A stretch of 64,000 bases of DNA from Pseudomonadota bacterium (GCA_039799905.1 JBDLRP010000026.1:1-64000), one strand, 5' to 3'. Positions 10,983-20,407 are shown, numbered from the stretch's first letter. Translations and numbers: made by a program. The notes: generated by a model not told the origin, from the sequence alone.

Positions 10983-11846
10983 CCACTCAATGGATTTCGG
11001 TATTTCTCAGACGATGAGATGGAAATCGCACGGCTCAATCGCGAGGTCTTTTCCTTACCAAACTCTGACGATTTTGAATTACTACAACGCCGAACGCACA
11101 CGAACCAAGACTCAATTCCACCGGCGGTCAACAACACATATGCTGCACTGGTGAGTGGCAGATACACATCTCCTCGGGTTTACTTCGGCTTTACACTCAC
11201 ATGCAATCTATCTTTGCGACGCTACAACCCAGACTCCGGAAATGTTGATGTTCTGCATGAGTTGGAAATTCGACCGCACAAGTGACGCCCTGCGGGCAGT
11301 CATCACGATCCAAGCCATTTTTGGGAGCGAGACAGACCATGATTGTGGATAATAGCAGACATGACTCATGAAGGAGCACGTCAATATTCACCCGAGAACA
11401 GTAAAGTCGACCCGCTCACTACAGACTTGAGCGAAAGATTTAAACACTTTGTGGTCGCATCAACATTTTGTGTTGGGCCAGACTTTGTGTTTGAAAGCAT
11501 GTTGACTGATGTCTCGATACAACTTTTAAAATATCTCAGGGTTTCTTCAGAATTTTTCACTGAAGAGACTATTGACCTTTCCAATCTCGAAGAAAAAGGC
11601 GCGTTTTTCTAACCTATACCTCGTCTAAATACATGTGCACGTTTTTTGAAAGATGACAACGGGTCAATTGCTCTACTCGACGTCGTTTCAATTGCGGCAC
11701 TGCACTCCGTAGACGGTAAAGAAACTTCCGGTTGCCCCGGATTGCTTTCCTTGCCGGAACTCACAGATGATGAACAGGCCATTCCGGTTGAAGATACGTC
11801 TGGCGCCCCTTTGACAAGGGGCGAGGCACCAGGAAAAGGGTGCTGA
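10983..11846 (+). pseudogene. Decayed gene of unknown family
   Basis: ORFs 11019-11285, 11343-11612 and 11646-11846 share one frame, interrupted by only three stops. Confidence 0.45.
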
Positions 11847-11878
11847 TGAAAACGGAAACTTAAAGAACATAAATTATT

Positions 11879-13111
11879 TTAGCGTATATTCTGAGAATTC
11901 CACCCGCACGTTCGAGCTGGATTGCTTGCGGCGAACTCCTCACATTTTGCAACACACGTATCACGCTGTCTATCGCTATCAAACAGTATGGCCCCTCCGC
12001 CTCCTTTCACGATACAACGCGCAATTAAAGACTGAACCGGAGCTGGAGCTGGAGCTGGAGCTGGAGCTGGAGCTGGAGCTGGAGCTGGAGCTGGTGCTGG
12101 TGCTGATGCAGGTGCAGGAGAATCACCGACAACACTGCCATTTTGGAAATTCACTTTGTCGCTCATTCGGAAGTTTCGAAATAACAATTTGAACTTCTTA
12201 CCGGGCTCGTTACCCTTATAAATTCCGAACTTCACCCTGTAGCTGCGATTCGAGCATATTTTGGTGTCTTGAGTGGCAATGGGGCCTTTGTAATCGCCAA
12301 CCAAAGCGTTGTTGAACCAAACTTGAAACCGACCTTTATTGGTTGGGTCGATATTTGCAATAATCTTTACATCCTGCCAACTGCCTTCACGAAACTCAGA
12401 TTTGTTTACAACAGTTCCACTCAATCCCCCATTGTAGTGGCGCGTAATAAAATTAACTGCACGCATTGGGCTGTAAGGCAGTCCACGATTCTCAGCGAAC
12501 CTATTATCGTTATGATCTACCTGCATCACCGCAAAGGGCGGAAACACACTTTGCGATGCACACTGCCAAAACTGAATAGCACTATACGCCGTCGTGTTTC
12601 GACCGGAATTTGCAGGAATTTGAAACTCAAAATTAATCCCAATTGTTTTTCCAAATGGAATATAGGGCGAGTACGCCAATTCGGCTCGGTCCTGCTCGGA
12701 CAGGTCGGTAGGCTTCTTTACACTGCCATCGGTTTCAAAAACAAGATGAGGAACTCCATTCGATTCTGTCACTTTTCGTATCGGTAGGCCACCATTGTTG
12801 CATTTTCCTGACAGCCGAGTCGAACCCTCAACATAGTTCGAACCAGCACCTATCTGATTGCCACATCTCTCTGGTGCGAGAATTTGCCCCCGTCCGCTTG
12901 CCACCACAAAAGCATTCGCAAATGGTATTTTCGGAAACCCTGCAAGAGCGAGATTGTCGTCATCACCCACGGAATCCGTGTCCATGAGGCCATCGGCATC
13001 CTGACTCGACTGACTGTCCATTAAATTTGAATTTAAAGTTGCTTCGCCGGAACATCCTGCAACGAAATAGCCCAACAGCGAAGAAGCCACGGTGATCTTC
13101 ACAGTCTTCAT
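11879..13111 (-). CDS. Polysaccharide-lyase-like (heparin lyase I fold) lipoprotein with Pro-Ala linker and Cys-rich C-terminal domain
   Basis: RBS GGAGAGG, lipobox VAGC; DRAEL, IQFWQ, GRFQVWFN and YRVKFGIYK motifs; (AP)n linker. Confidence 0.7.
   Translation of the reverse strand: MKTVKITVASSLLGYFVAGCSGEATLNSNLMDSQSSQDADGLMDTDSVGDDDNLALAGFPKIPFANAFVVASGRGQILAPERCGNQIGAGSNYVEGSTRLSGKCNNGGLPIRKVTESNGVPHLVFETDGSVKKPTDLSEQDRAELAYSPYIPFGKTIGINFEFQIPANSGRNTTAYSAIQFWQCASQSVFPPFAVMQVDHNDNRFAENRGLPYSPMRAVNFITRHYNGGLSGTVVNKSEFREGSWQDVKIIANIDPTNKGRFQVWFNNALVGDYKGPIATQDTKICSNRSYRVKFGIYKGNEPGKKFKLLFRNFRMSDKVNFQNGSVVGDSPAPASAPAPAPAPAPAPAPAPAPAPAPVQSLIARCIVKGGGGAILFDSDRQRDTCVAKCEEFAASNPARTCGWNSQNIR
12039..12104. 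repeat. Tandem hexamer repeat (GGAGCT)x9 plus (GGTGCT)x2 encoding an (Ala-Pro)n linker
   Basis: Directly visible in the sequence. Confidence 0.95.
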
Positions 13112-13619
13112 GTGTCCTCTCCCACCCGATCTGTATGCGGATCGGAGAAAAATTACCAAGCCTTTACAGAGTTCAAATAAGCCTAATTAAATTCGAATAT
13201 TTGAATAAAACCCAACGAATAATACCTAGAGTAGTACCGTGTTGCATGGTAAAGTACGTTACCGAAGGTTTTCGGTCTTTATACGAACGCAGAATGATGA
13301 TTGCGGAACTGAGTTTATCAATGAGATTTAGAATGAAATCTACAAGAACATCAGGCAGCCGTTGACTCATCTGTATCTTCCGCAATCACAAACCGTTGAA
13401 GAGCAGAAATTCGGCGCAAAGATAATGAGAAAGATGTCGAAGGCCACCAAACCGCTCGAGCGTGTGTATAAATCCTTACAAATTGGCGAAGACGGCAAGC
13501 ACCCTCACTGCTTAGTCAGTTTGGCTAACTGCGCCAAGCTGCAATGGTTTAGGTTTAATCGGATGTGCAAGAGGCCATCGTCAATCCTGACAGCCGTAGT
13601 CGACATGTTGTCACTTCCA

Positions 13620-13858
13620 ATCGTTGCTACTGCCGCAACCCTCCAACTGCAGGTAGCGAGCTCGTGCAGTCGAAGAGTGAGTCTGAGAAGCTGTATCCAG
13701 GAGATGCGTTTTCGCTTTTCCGGTAAATACCTCAGGTGTGGTGAGCGACTTGCAAGAACTCCGTAATACCGTGTGGTGTGGAATTTCGGTGTTAAAATAA
13801 AAACAATAAGTCGTTCCAAAAATTCACTGGCTGTAAAGAAAAGTGCAAGATCACACCA
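13620..13858 (-). mobile_element. IS91/ISCR-family (rolling-circle) transposase C-terminal remnant
   Basis: LFFTASEFLERLIVFILTPKFHTTRYYGVLA...RISWIQLL resembles IS91 FxPxEFLxRLAALVPRPRxHLxRYHGVLA...RxxWAxLL; N-terminal catalytic part absent. Confidence 0.7.
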
Positions 13859-13949
13859 ACACGCAATGGTGAACGCATTGAGGTTGTCACGATAGAAATC
13901 GGTGGCGGCCGAAGTGTCGATTGACGTTGGGATTGCAACCCAAATGCTT

Positions 13950-14513
13950 TCAATTCGCTCCGAAATAACACAACCAATAGGGGTTCAAATTGATTGCAGT
14001 AATGTCTGCCGAGCAGATCTTTGCTTTGACAGCATCTGGAATATTCACAGTTTCGCCGGTTTTGCAGGCACCACGACGCAATTTTGCAACATCTTGGACC
14101 TTCATATAATGACGCGGAAAGGGGTGTTGTGGCAACCAGCCATTTCCGACTTGAACTGCATTAGCACCTCTGCTTGGAGTTCGCACGCCATATTCGATAA
14201 AGTCCGCGCCATCTTTTACAGCGGGTTTTCCAACCAGGCTGAAATCTCCGCAACCTTGCCAACTGCATCTGCGACCCTCAAGAGGGGTCTGGTGAATAAC
14301 AACAAAACAGCGTTCTCCAATTTCAGTCTTACGAGCATCTGTGCAAAAACCTGGAACTGCTGCCAGCTTCAGTTCAACTCGTTTATCGCAACCAGCGTTT
14401 GCGGATGAGGGCGAATCGTCGTTTATCGATCCGCCGGTGGCAATCATTGGAAGCATGAGAGGCACTGTGATTGCGCGCAGTACTGCGTTTCTACGGATGT
14501 CTGCTGTTCCCAT
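13950..14513 (-). CDS. Hypothetical Cys-containing, probably exported protein
   Basis: RBS GGAGG/GAGGG before ATG; N-terminal hydrophobic stretch. Confidence 0.5.
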   Translation of the reverse strand: MGTADIRRNAVLRAITVPLMLPMIATGGSINDDSPSSANAGCDKRVELKLAAVPGFCTDARKTEIGERCFVVIHQTPLEGRRCSWQGCGDFSLVGKPAVKDGADFIEYGVRTPSRGANAVQVGNGWLPQHPFPRHYMKVQDVAKLRRGACKTGETVNIPDAVKAKICSADITAINLNPYWLCYFGAN

Positions 14514-14580
14514 TTCCCTCGCCTCCAGTGCCGATTAGGTTAATTAATTTGCGCACCATTTTTACATCTGTCCGCACTGA

Positions 14581-15549
14581 TTAGAGAGATCTCCAAGTTC
14601 CAAACTTCGAACCTGTTCGACGAATTCGTTCGTAGATTGTGCTACCGACGAGCGTACAATTACCTAGTTTACAATCACCTCGAATGATCCATGACTCGCG
14701 GGTCACAATACCCTTCAAACAATTGAATCGTTCGATTGTGGCACCTGCTCCGCGCTCAAACACGTAAACAGGAGAGCCGGAGTCACCAGGACGCGGTGAA
14801 ATTCCGTTCGCTCTGCGATAGGGGGTCGAGTTTGCGTCATTCAAAATCCTACTGAGACCTTTTGGAATCTCTCTGCTTGCATCGCCGAAATTCCTCCAAC
14901 CCAAAGTACTCAAATCCCGGCGGGCCGATATTACCTGCTTGCCGGAGGCTGGGGAATCGGGAAAGGAATCGAACTCGACTGCCTGACTCCCGCAAATTGG
15001 AAGATATCCCAACGCCTCGGAAGCGCTGATGCTTTTCACGAAATAACGCGCAATGTCTGATTTCTCACCTTGGTAATTCGAGTTGCTGTTGAACACAAAG
15101 CCTTGCGGCGTGCCACTCACGATGCGCTCTTTTACAGTGGTTTTTGATGAGTTTATTTTGTGTACAAGCGCTCGTACGCGAAGTCTTGTGTCGACTGGTT
15201 TATTCTCAAGTCTTCCCAAGGGATTTCGGTCTTCAGTGCAATGGGCTGCTGTGAAGAAATAAAGCTGTGCAATTCCTTGTGCGTCCACTTCATATGCGAA
15301 CGCTCCTGAACATTTCCGCACAAGGTTCCCATTCGCGTCTGCCTTTACAATCATTCCAGCTGAGTCGAACGCCGTTTTAGCGTTTATGAGTTTTCCCTTT
15401 AGCATTGAAAATCCATCTGCACTTGCCAGCCCTAAGCCGTCCTCGTTACTTTCGTTCGAGTTTGCCAGCTCTGTCATCTGGTTCTCATTTTCTGCAATTC
15501 CACATGCACCAAGCAAGAGTAAGGGAGTAAAAAACAGTATTTTGTTCAT
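14581..15549 (-). CDS. Trypsin-like serine protease lipoprotein
   Basis: Lipobox LGAC; TAAHC, SDIA and GDSGSP motifs. Confidence 0.85.
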   Translation of the reverse strand: MNKILFFTPLLLLGACGIAENENQMTELANSNESNEDGLGLASADGFSMLKGKLINAKTAFDSAGMIVKADANGNLVRKCSGAFAYEVDAQGIAQLYFFTAAHCTEDRNPLGRLENKPVDTRLRVRALVHKINSSKTTVKERIVSGTPQGFVFNSNSNYQGEKSDIARYFVKSISASEALGYLPICGSQAVEFDSFPDSPASGKQVISARRDLSTLGWRNFGDASREIPKGLSRILNDANSTPYRRANGISPRPGDSGSPVYVFERGAGATIERFNCLKGIVTRESWIIRGDCKLGNCTLVGSTIYERIRRTGSKFGTWRSL

Positions 15550-15931
15550 ATAACAGCCCTCAATGATAATAACGGTTACTTGAGTAGTGGGCTTTAAGAA
15601 ATTTTTTAAGAAATAAAATTCATTGAAAAACTGGGATGTTGAGATGAAATTGACGAAGCTAGTGCGGATGAAGTCGTTTCAGTCATTTCTCAATCAAAAT
15701 TCCTGAAAAGGGAGTCATGACCATGGTAGTTTATCCGCTCATAAAGAATCCAAAATAAATTGTGGCGGGCGATCCATGTGAACTCTAGCTCACGCTCCTT
15801 AGCCCAGAGGCGCAAAGCCCTACTCGCACAATCGATTCATTGAATTTCGGAATAAATCCTAACTTTTTCTCACAACCAACCGATCAACCTCAGTGATTGA
15901 GACTGAAGATCCGAGAAGAAGGGAACAGTCC

Positions 15932-16882
15932 ATGCAAAAGAGACACATCTCATTCTGGCTTTTCTGTGCGACTCTGGTTATTGCATGTAGTGCAGAGAAA
16001 TCTGGCGACAAAGTCATCGGCCTCGGCAGTATCAAGAGCAGCGGTAACACCGCGGCGTCGTCGTCTGGTGCCGACGCGGGCGGGGTAAATAAGGAAAGCG
16101 GCGCCAGTACTGACGGCACGTGTGGTCCCGCATTCGATTTCGCCACTGCAAAACAACAGTGTACAGGCTGTCACGCAGCAGCTGGACGCAACGCCAAGTG
16201 GTCAACCGCAGACGGCACTGAGGAGCAGTGGAAATCCATGGCGGGCCAACTCAAAGCCTCAGTCAAGGCTGACCGCATGCCCATGCCAAAGTTCTCAGCT
16301 GACAACAAGGCCATGTTTATTTCATTCCTTGATGGATTGACGGGTGCGTGCTCACCCGCACCCGTGGCAGGCGGTGCTGCAGGCGGTGGTGCCGCAACAA
16401 ATACGCCCAGCGATCCAAAAATGATGAACTTGGCAGAAGCGAAACAGAAATGCGCAGGCTGCCATATCCCTGGGGGCCCAGGAGCCGCCCCTATCGCCTG
16501 GAACACGGCCAACGGCACTGAAGACAAATGGCGCGAACGCGCTCAAAATCTCCGCGCAGCTGTGGCCGCTGATCGCATGCCACCAGTCGCACTCGTCGAA
16601 CCTGAAAAATCACGCATGCTTGCCTATCTCGACAGACTGCTCGGAGATCAAGCCAACCAACCCATCACCTACACTTTGGATACAGCCAAAGCCCTCTGTG
16701 TGGGTTGTCACGGTGCAAGCGCACCTAAAAAAGGACTCAATCTCGAAACTCTTGACGGATGGAAAAGCGAAAAAGACAAAATTTTACGCGAGGTCACAGA
16801 CGGCAAAATGCCACAAGGCAAACCTCTGAGTGACGAGGAGAGGCAGGCACTCTTGGATTTCATTAGCTCGCTCGAAAGGTAA
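15932..16882 (+). CDS. Tri-heme cytochrome c lipoprotein (three repeated class I-like domains)
   Basis: Lipobox VIAC; CTGCH, CAGCH and CVGCH, each followed by an RMP/KMP putative Met ligand. Confidence 0.85.
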   Translation: MQKRHISFWLFCATLVIACSAEKSGDKVIGLGSIKSSGNTAASSSGADAGGVNKESGASTDGTCGPAFDFATAKQQCTGCHAAAGRNAKWSTADGTEEQWKSMAGQLKASVKADRMPMPKFSADNKAMFISFLDGLTGACSPAPVAGGAAGGGAATNTPSDPKMMNLAEAKQKCAGCHIPGGPGAAPIAWNTANGTEDKWRERAQNLRAAVAADRMPPVALVEPEKSRMLAYLDRLLGDQANQPITYTLDTAKALCVGCHGASAPKKGLNLETLDGWKSEKDKILREVTDGKMPQGKPLSDEERQALLDFISSLER

Positions 16883-16931
16883 CAGCGATTTGGCGAGAGC
16901 AGAGGTCGATGATCCAGCCTCAAAGAAATAT

Positions 16932-16968
16932 TGTTGAATGCTCATTCGAGAAAAATTTTTAATTTGGG
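16932..16968. repeat. Copy 2 of the ~37-bp dispersed palindromic repeat
   Basis: tgttgaatgctcattcgagaaaaatttttaatttggg vs tgtcgaatgctcattcgagaaaaatcttaaaatttgg at 9592. Confidence 0.75.
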
Positions 16969-17219
16969 GAGGCTTATCCGGCGGCCCCGCTTCGCGAGAA
17001 AGGACAGTTTTCCACCGACGGCATGTCATGGAAAACACCTGTAGCTATTAATCGTTTGCTTCAATTTTATATAACTAAAATTTGCTGCAACTTCTCCCTG
17101 CGAACGACGAGCAACCACAATTGCAATTTGCATTGAAGGAGAAAGGAGGCATGAATCGATTCAAGCCTGAGCGCAGCGAGGCGCATATGAAAGCCGGAAT
17201 GACAGGAATCGGAACAGAC

Positions 17220-17278
17220 ACAAATGCCGAGCCTGCCAGCCTTAGCCACAGTCTCGGCATTTGTCCGCAGACTTTTTT
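17220..17278. terminator. 12-bp stem hairpin, possible terminator
   Basis: acaaatgccgag / ctcggcatttgt; T6 run 8 nt downstream on +; also just downstream of the 17287 stop on -. Confidence 0.5.
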
Positions 17279-17286
17279 CTGCAAAA

Positions 17287-17667
17287 TCAGTTTGCGATTT
17301 TCTTTTGGTAACCCGAATCGCCCATCGATGACTGAACTACATCGCAGGCAAGTTCAAAATCATCCAAATCCAAGGCACCCTTTTCAGCAATGACCGAGCG
17401 CAGTCTTTCGAAGGACGTCCGCAGACCCTGATTTTGTTCCAAGAGTCCGTCTACCTCGGCGCGCAATCGGCACACCTCTCCTCCGACTCTTGTGATCGTG
17501 TCCATCAGATGAGCGAGCTGACGCTCGATCTGCGGGTCAATCATGGAGTCATCAGCCCACTTGAATTGTGTTTCAGAACTGTAGAGCACTTCGTCGTCGC
17601 CGCCCTGCACACCCAGTTCTTCGTCCTTTTGCCACTCGAGTGAAAGATCGCCGAATTCACTCTTCAT
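17287..17667 (-). CDS. Hypothetical acidic coiled-coil protein
   Basis: RBS GGAGAG before ATG; heptad-like central helix. Confidence 0.7.
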   Translation of the reverse strand: MKSEFGDLSLEWQKDEELGVQGGDDEVLYSSETQFKWADDSMIDPQIERQLAHLMDTITRVGGEVCRLRAEVDGLLEQNQGLRTSFERLRSVIAEKGALDLDDFELACDVVQSSMGDSGYQKKIAN

Positions 17668-17724
17668 TTGACACTCTCCGTGTGTTTTCTGCGAAGCCAA
17701 GCCATCCTGAGCTCCGATGAGCAC

Positions 17725-17751
17725 CTATCGGCCCGTCCCTCGGCGCTCTGA
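17725..17751 (-). promoter_or_regulatory. Sigma28 (FliA)-like promoter
   Basis: TCAG-N15-GCCGATAG upstream of the 17667 start. Confidence 0.55.
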
Positions 17752-17852
17752 GGACGACATCTGCTCGGTGCGGTCAAATTGGCACAGGTGCAAAGGTGTG
17801 CTACTAGAAAGGGTCGCCCCTTAAAGTGCACCAGAGAAGGGTTTTAGAGCTC

Positions 17853-20369
17853 ATGTTTGATATTTTTAAAAAAGTTTTTGGCACGAAAAACGACCGTGAA
17901 TTGCGCCGTCTTGAACCCATTTTGCGACGCATCAACGAACTCGAACCCAGCCTTCAAGAACTCTCGGACGCGGACCTGCGCAACAAGACCGAGCAGTTCC
18001 GCAGCCGCTTCAAAAATGGTGAAACGCTCGATGCGCTGCTTCCTGAAGCATTTGCAACCGTGCGCGAGGCATCGCGGCGGGTCTTGAACAAACGCCACTT
18101 CGACGTCCAGCTGCTCGGCGGCATGGTTCTGCATGAAGGCAAAATTGCAGAGATGCGCACGGGTGAGGGCAAAACCCTGACCGCAACTGCCCCGCTCTAC
18201 CTGAACGCACTGACCGGTAAGGGCGCGCACCTTGTTACCGTCAACGAGTACTTGGCAAGCACGCAGGCCGAAGAAATGGGCCGAGTCTACAACGCACTCG
18301 GAATGACCGTGGGTGTTATCACCAGCGGGCTGAGCGATCAGCAGCGCCAAACAGCTTATGCATGCGACATCACCTACGGCACCAACAACGAATTTGGTTT
18401 CGATTACCTGCGCGATAATATGAAGGTTCGTTTGGACGACTTCTCGCAGCGCGGCCATCATTTCGCAATCGTCGATGAAGTCGACTCCATTCTTATCGAC
18501 GAGGCCCGTACACCCCTCATTATCAGCGGTCCGTCCGACCAAACCTCGGACAAATACCTGACCGCCAATGATGCCGTGCGCGGCTTGCGCCGTGAAATCG
18601 ACTACACCGTCGATGAAAAGTCGCGCAGCTGTGCGCTTTCTGAAGAGGGAATCCAGAAGGTTGAAAAACGCCTCGGCGTTGGCAACCTTTATGATCCTGA
18701 GCATATGGAGCTTGTCCACTGCATCAATCAGGCGCTCAAGGCTCATGTTGTTTTCCGCAAGGATGACCACTACATCGTGCGCGACGGACAAATCATCATC
18801 GTCGACGAATTCACCGGACGACTCATGCACGGCCGGCGCTACTCGGATGGTCTGCATCAGGCACTTGAAGCCAAAGAAAACGTGCCGATCCAGCAAGAAA
18901 ATCAGACGCTGGCCACCGTCACACTGCAGAACTTCTTCCGTATGTACGACAAGCTTGCCGGCATGACTGGTACTGCAGACACCGAGGCTGTGGAGTTCCA
19001 CAAGATCTACAAACTCGACGTCGTCGTGATTCCGACCAACCGTCCAATGGTTCGAAATGATGAGGACGACGTTCTTTATTTGCGGCAGGGCGCCAAATTC
19101 AAAGCGGTTGCCGAAGAAATCGAGCGGGCCAACAAAAAGGGGCAACCGGTTCTCGTGGGTACGGTGAGCATTGAAAAGAGCGAGCTCCTAAGCGACCTCC
19201 TGCGTCAGCGCGGCATCGAACACAGCGTTCTCAACGCGAAACACCACGAGCAAGAAGCGCAAATCATTGCTCAGGCCGGCCAGCGCGGGCGCGTGACGAT
19301 TTCAACCAACATGGCAGGACGCGGTACCGACATTATTCTCGGTCAGGGTGTTGCCGACTTGGGCGGCCTTTACGTGATGGGAACCGAACGTCACGAGAGC
19401 CGCCGCATCGACAACCAGTTACGTGGACGTTCGGGTCGTCAGGGCGACCCTGGGCAAAGCAAATTCTTCCTGTCGTGGGAAGACGACCTCATGAAGCGTT
19501 TCAACAACAAGGCAAATCAGTTCCTCATGGAACGCACGATGGGCGACGAAGCCCTTGCCGACCCTATGCTGACCCGTGTGATTGCCAATGTGCAAAAGCG
19601 CGTCGAGGGTTACAACTACGATTTGCGCAAGCATCTTCTGGAATACGACGATGTGCTCAACAAGCAGCGCAAAACCGTCTACGCCGCGCGCAACCGTATC
19701 CTCAACAAGGGAAATCTGCGCGACACACTGCTCAGCGACAATCTTGAGGAGCTCAGCCGCACGATTGCCGAAGAATTCTCGCCAGCCACGGGCGTTCCGG
19801 GTGAACTCATCACCATTGATTTCAGCCGTCTTGAGCGTCTGTTGTTCCAACGCCTCAACACAGTCATCAGCTTCACTGCCGACGAGCGCAAGAACAACGA
19901 ACAGACGAGGCTCGACTTCACCACCATGCTCAACAACAAGTTGCAGGAAGGCTACGACCGCAAGGAAGGCCTTTTTGGTGCTGAACAAATGCGTGAAATC
20001 GAGCGCTGGGTGATGCTGCAGACGATCGACCAATATTGGAAGGATCATCTTCTCAGCCTCGACCACCTGCGCGACGGCATTGGCCTGCGCGGTTACGGTC
20101 AAAAGGATCCGCTGCAGGAATATAAACGCGAGGCGTTTGACCTCTTTAAACGTCTGATTTCCTCAATCAAGATCGACACCCTTGAAAATCTTTTCCGTAT
20201 CCAGCCGAACCTCGCAGAACGTTTTGCCGCCGAGGCCGAAAAGGAAGCGAAACAACGCGCCCAACGCGAACTTTCGGGCAGTGCGGCTGTTCACGCAGAG
20301 GCCGATTCGACGGCCGCAATTCCGCTGCAGGAAGTTGCTGAGACGTCCGAAAATACAGTACGCGTTTGA
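17853..20369 (+). CDS. secA: Preprotein translocase ATPase SecA
   Basis: MRTGEGKT, DEVDSILIDEARTPLIISG, TNMAGRGTDI, QLRGRSGRQGDPG; no C-terminal SEC-C motif. Confidence 0.98.
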   Translation: MFDIFKKVFGTKNDRELRRLEPILRRINELEPSLQELSDADLRNKTEQFRSRFKNGETLDALLPEAFATVREASRRVLNKRHFDVQLLGGMVLHEGKIAEMRTGEGKTLTATAPLYLNALTGKGAHLVTVNEYLASTQAEEMGRVYNALGMTVGVITSGLSDQQRQTAYACDITYGTNNEFGFDYLRDNMKVRLDDFSQRGHHFAIVDEVDSILIDEARTPLIISGPSDQTSDKYLTANDAVRGLRREIDYTVDEKSRSCALSEEGIQKVEKRLGVGNLYDPEHMELVHCINQALKAHVVFRKDDHYIVRDGQIIIVDEFTGRLMHGRRYSDGLHQALEAKENVPIQQENQTLATVTLQNFFRMYDKLAGMTGTADTEAVEFHKIYKLDVVVIPTNRPMVRNDEDDVLYLRQGAKFKAVAEEIERANKKGQPVLVGTVSIEKSELLSDLLRQRGIEHSVLNAKHHEQEAQIIAQAGQRGRVTISTNMAGRGTDIILGQGVADLGGLYVMGTERHESRRIDNQLRGRSGRQGDPGQSKFFLSWEDDLMKRFNNKANQFLMERTMGDEALADPMLTRVIANVQKRVEGYNYDLRKHLLEYDDVLNKQRKTVYAARNRILNKGNLRDTLLSDNLEELSRTIAEEFSPATGVPGELITIDFSRLERLLFQRLNTVISFTADERKNNEQTRLDFTTMLNNKLQEGYDRKEGLFGAEQMREIERWVMLQTIDQYWKDHLLSLDHLRDGIGLRGYGQKDPLQEYKREAFDLFKRLISSIKIDTLENLFRIQPNLAERFAAEAEKEAKQRAQRELSGSAAVHAEADSTAAIPLQEVAETSENTVRV

Positions 20370-20407
20370 GTCTGATTTTCAGCTAAACCTGATCGCATTC
20401 CGATCAT

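Noticed and set aside
11283..11612. Stop-codon readthrough or recoding in the interrupted frame
   Set aside because: Stops are mixed TGA and TAA, neighbouring genes use standard stops, and the region is otherwise decayed
11926..12192. ORF with an ELELEL repeat
   Set aside because: Antisense reading of the (Ala-Pro)n linker
15761..15831. GGCGCAAAGCC resembling a c-di-GMP-I riboswitch, or a decayed tRNA 3' half
   Set aside because: The upstream GGCAAA/GAAA stem and the downstream stem are missing; no cloverleaf or proper T-loop
16876..16939. Integron attC-like site (TAAC...GTTGAAT) after the cytochrome gene
   Set aside because: The R boxes are not complementary, there are no L boxes, no integrase and no cassette array
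17780..17792. TGGCAC...TGCA sigma54-like site upstream of secA
   Set aside because: GG-to-GC spacing is wrong; it fits sigma70 TTGGCA-N17-TACTAG better
17844..19145. 433-aa antisense ORF over secA (likewise 45329-46621 over gspD and 47570-48664 over gspC)
   Set aside because: Shadow ORFs caused by codon bias of well-supported genes on the other strand
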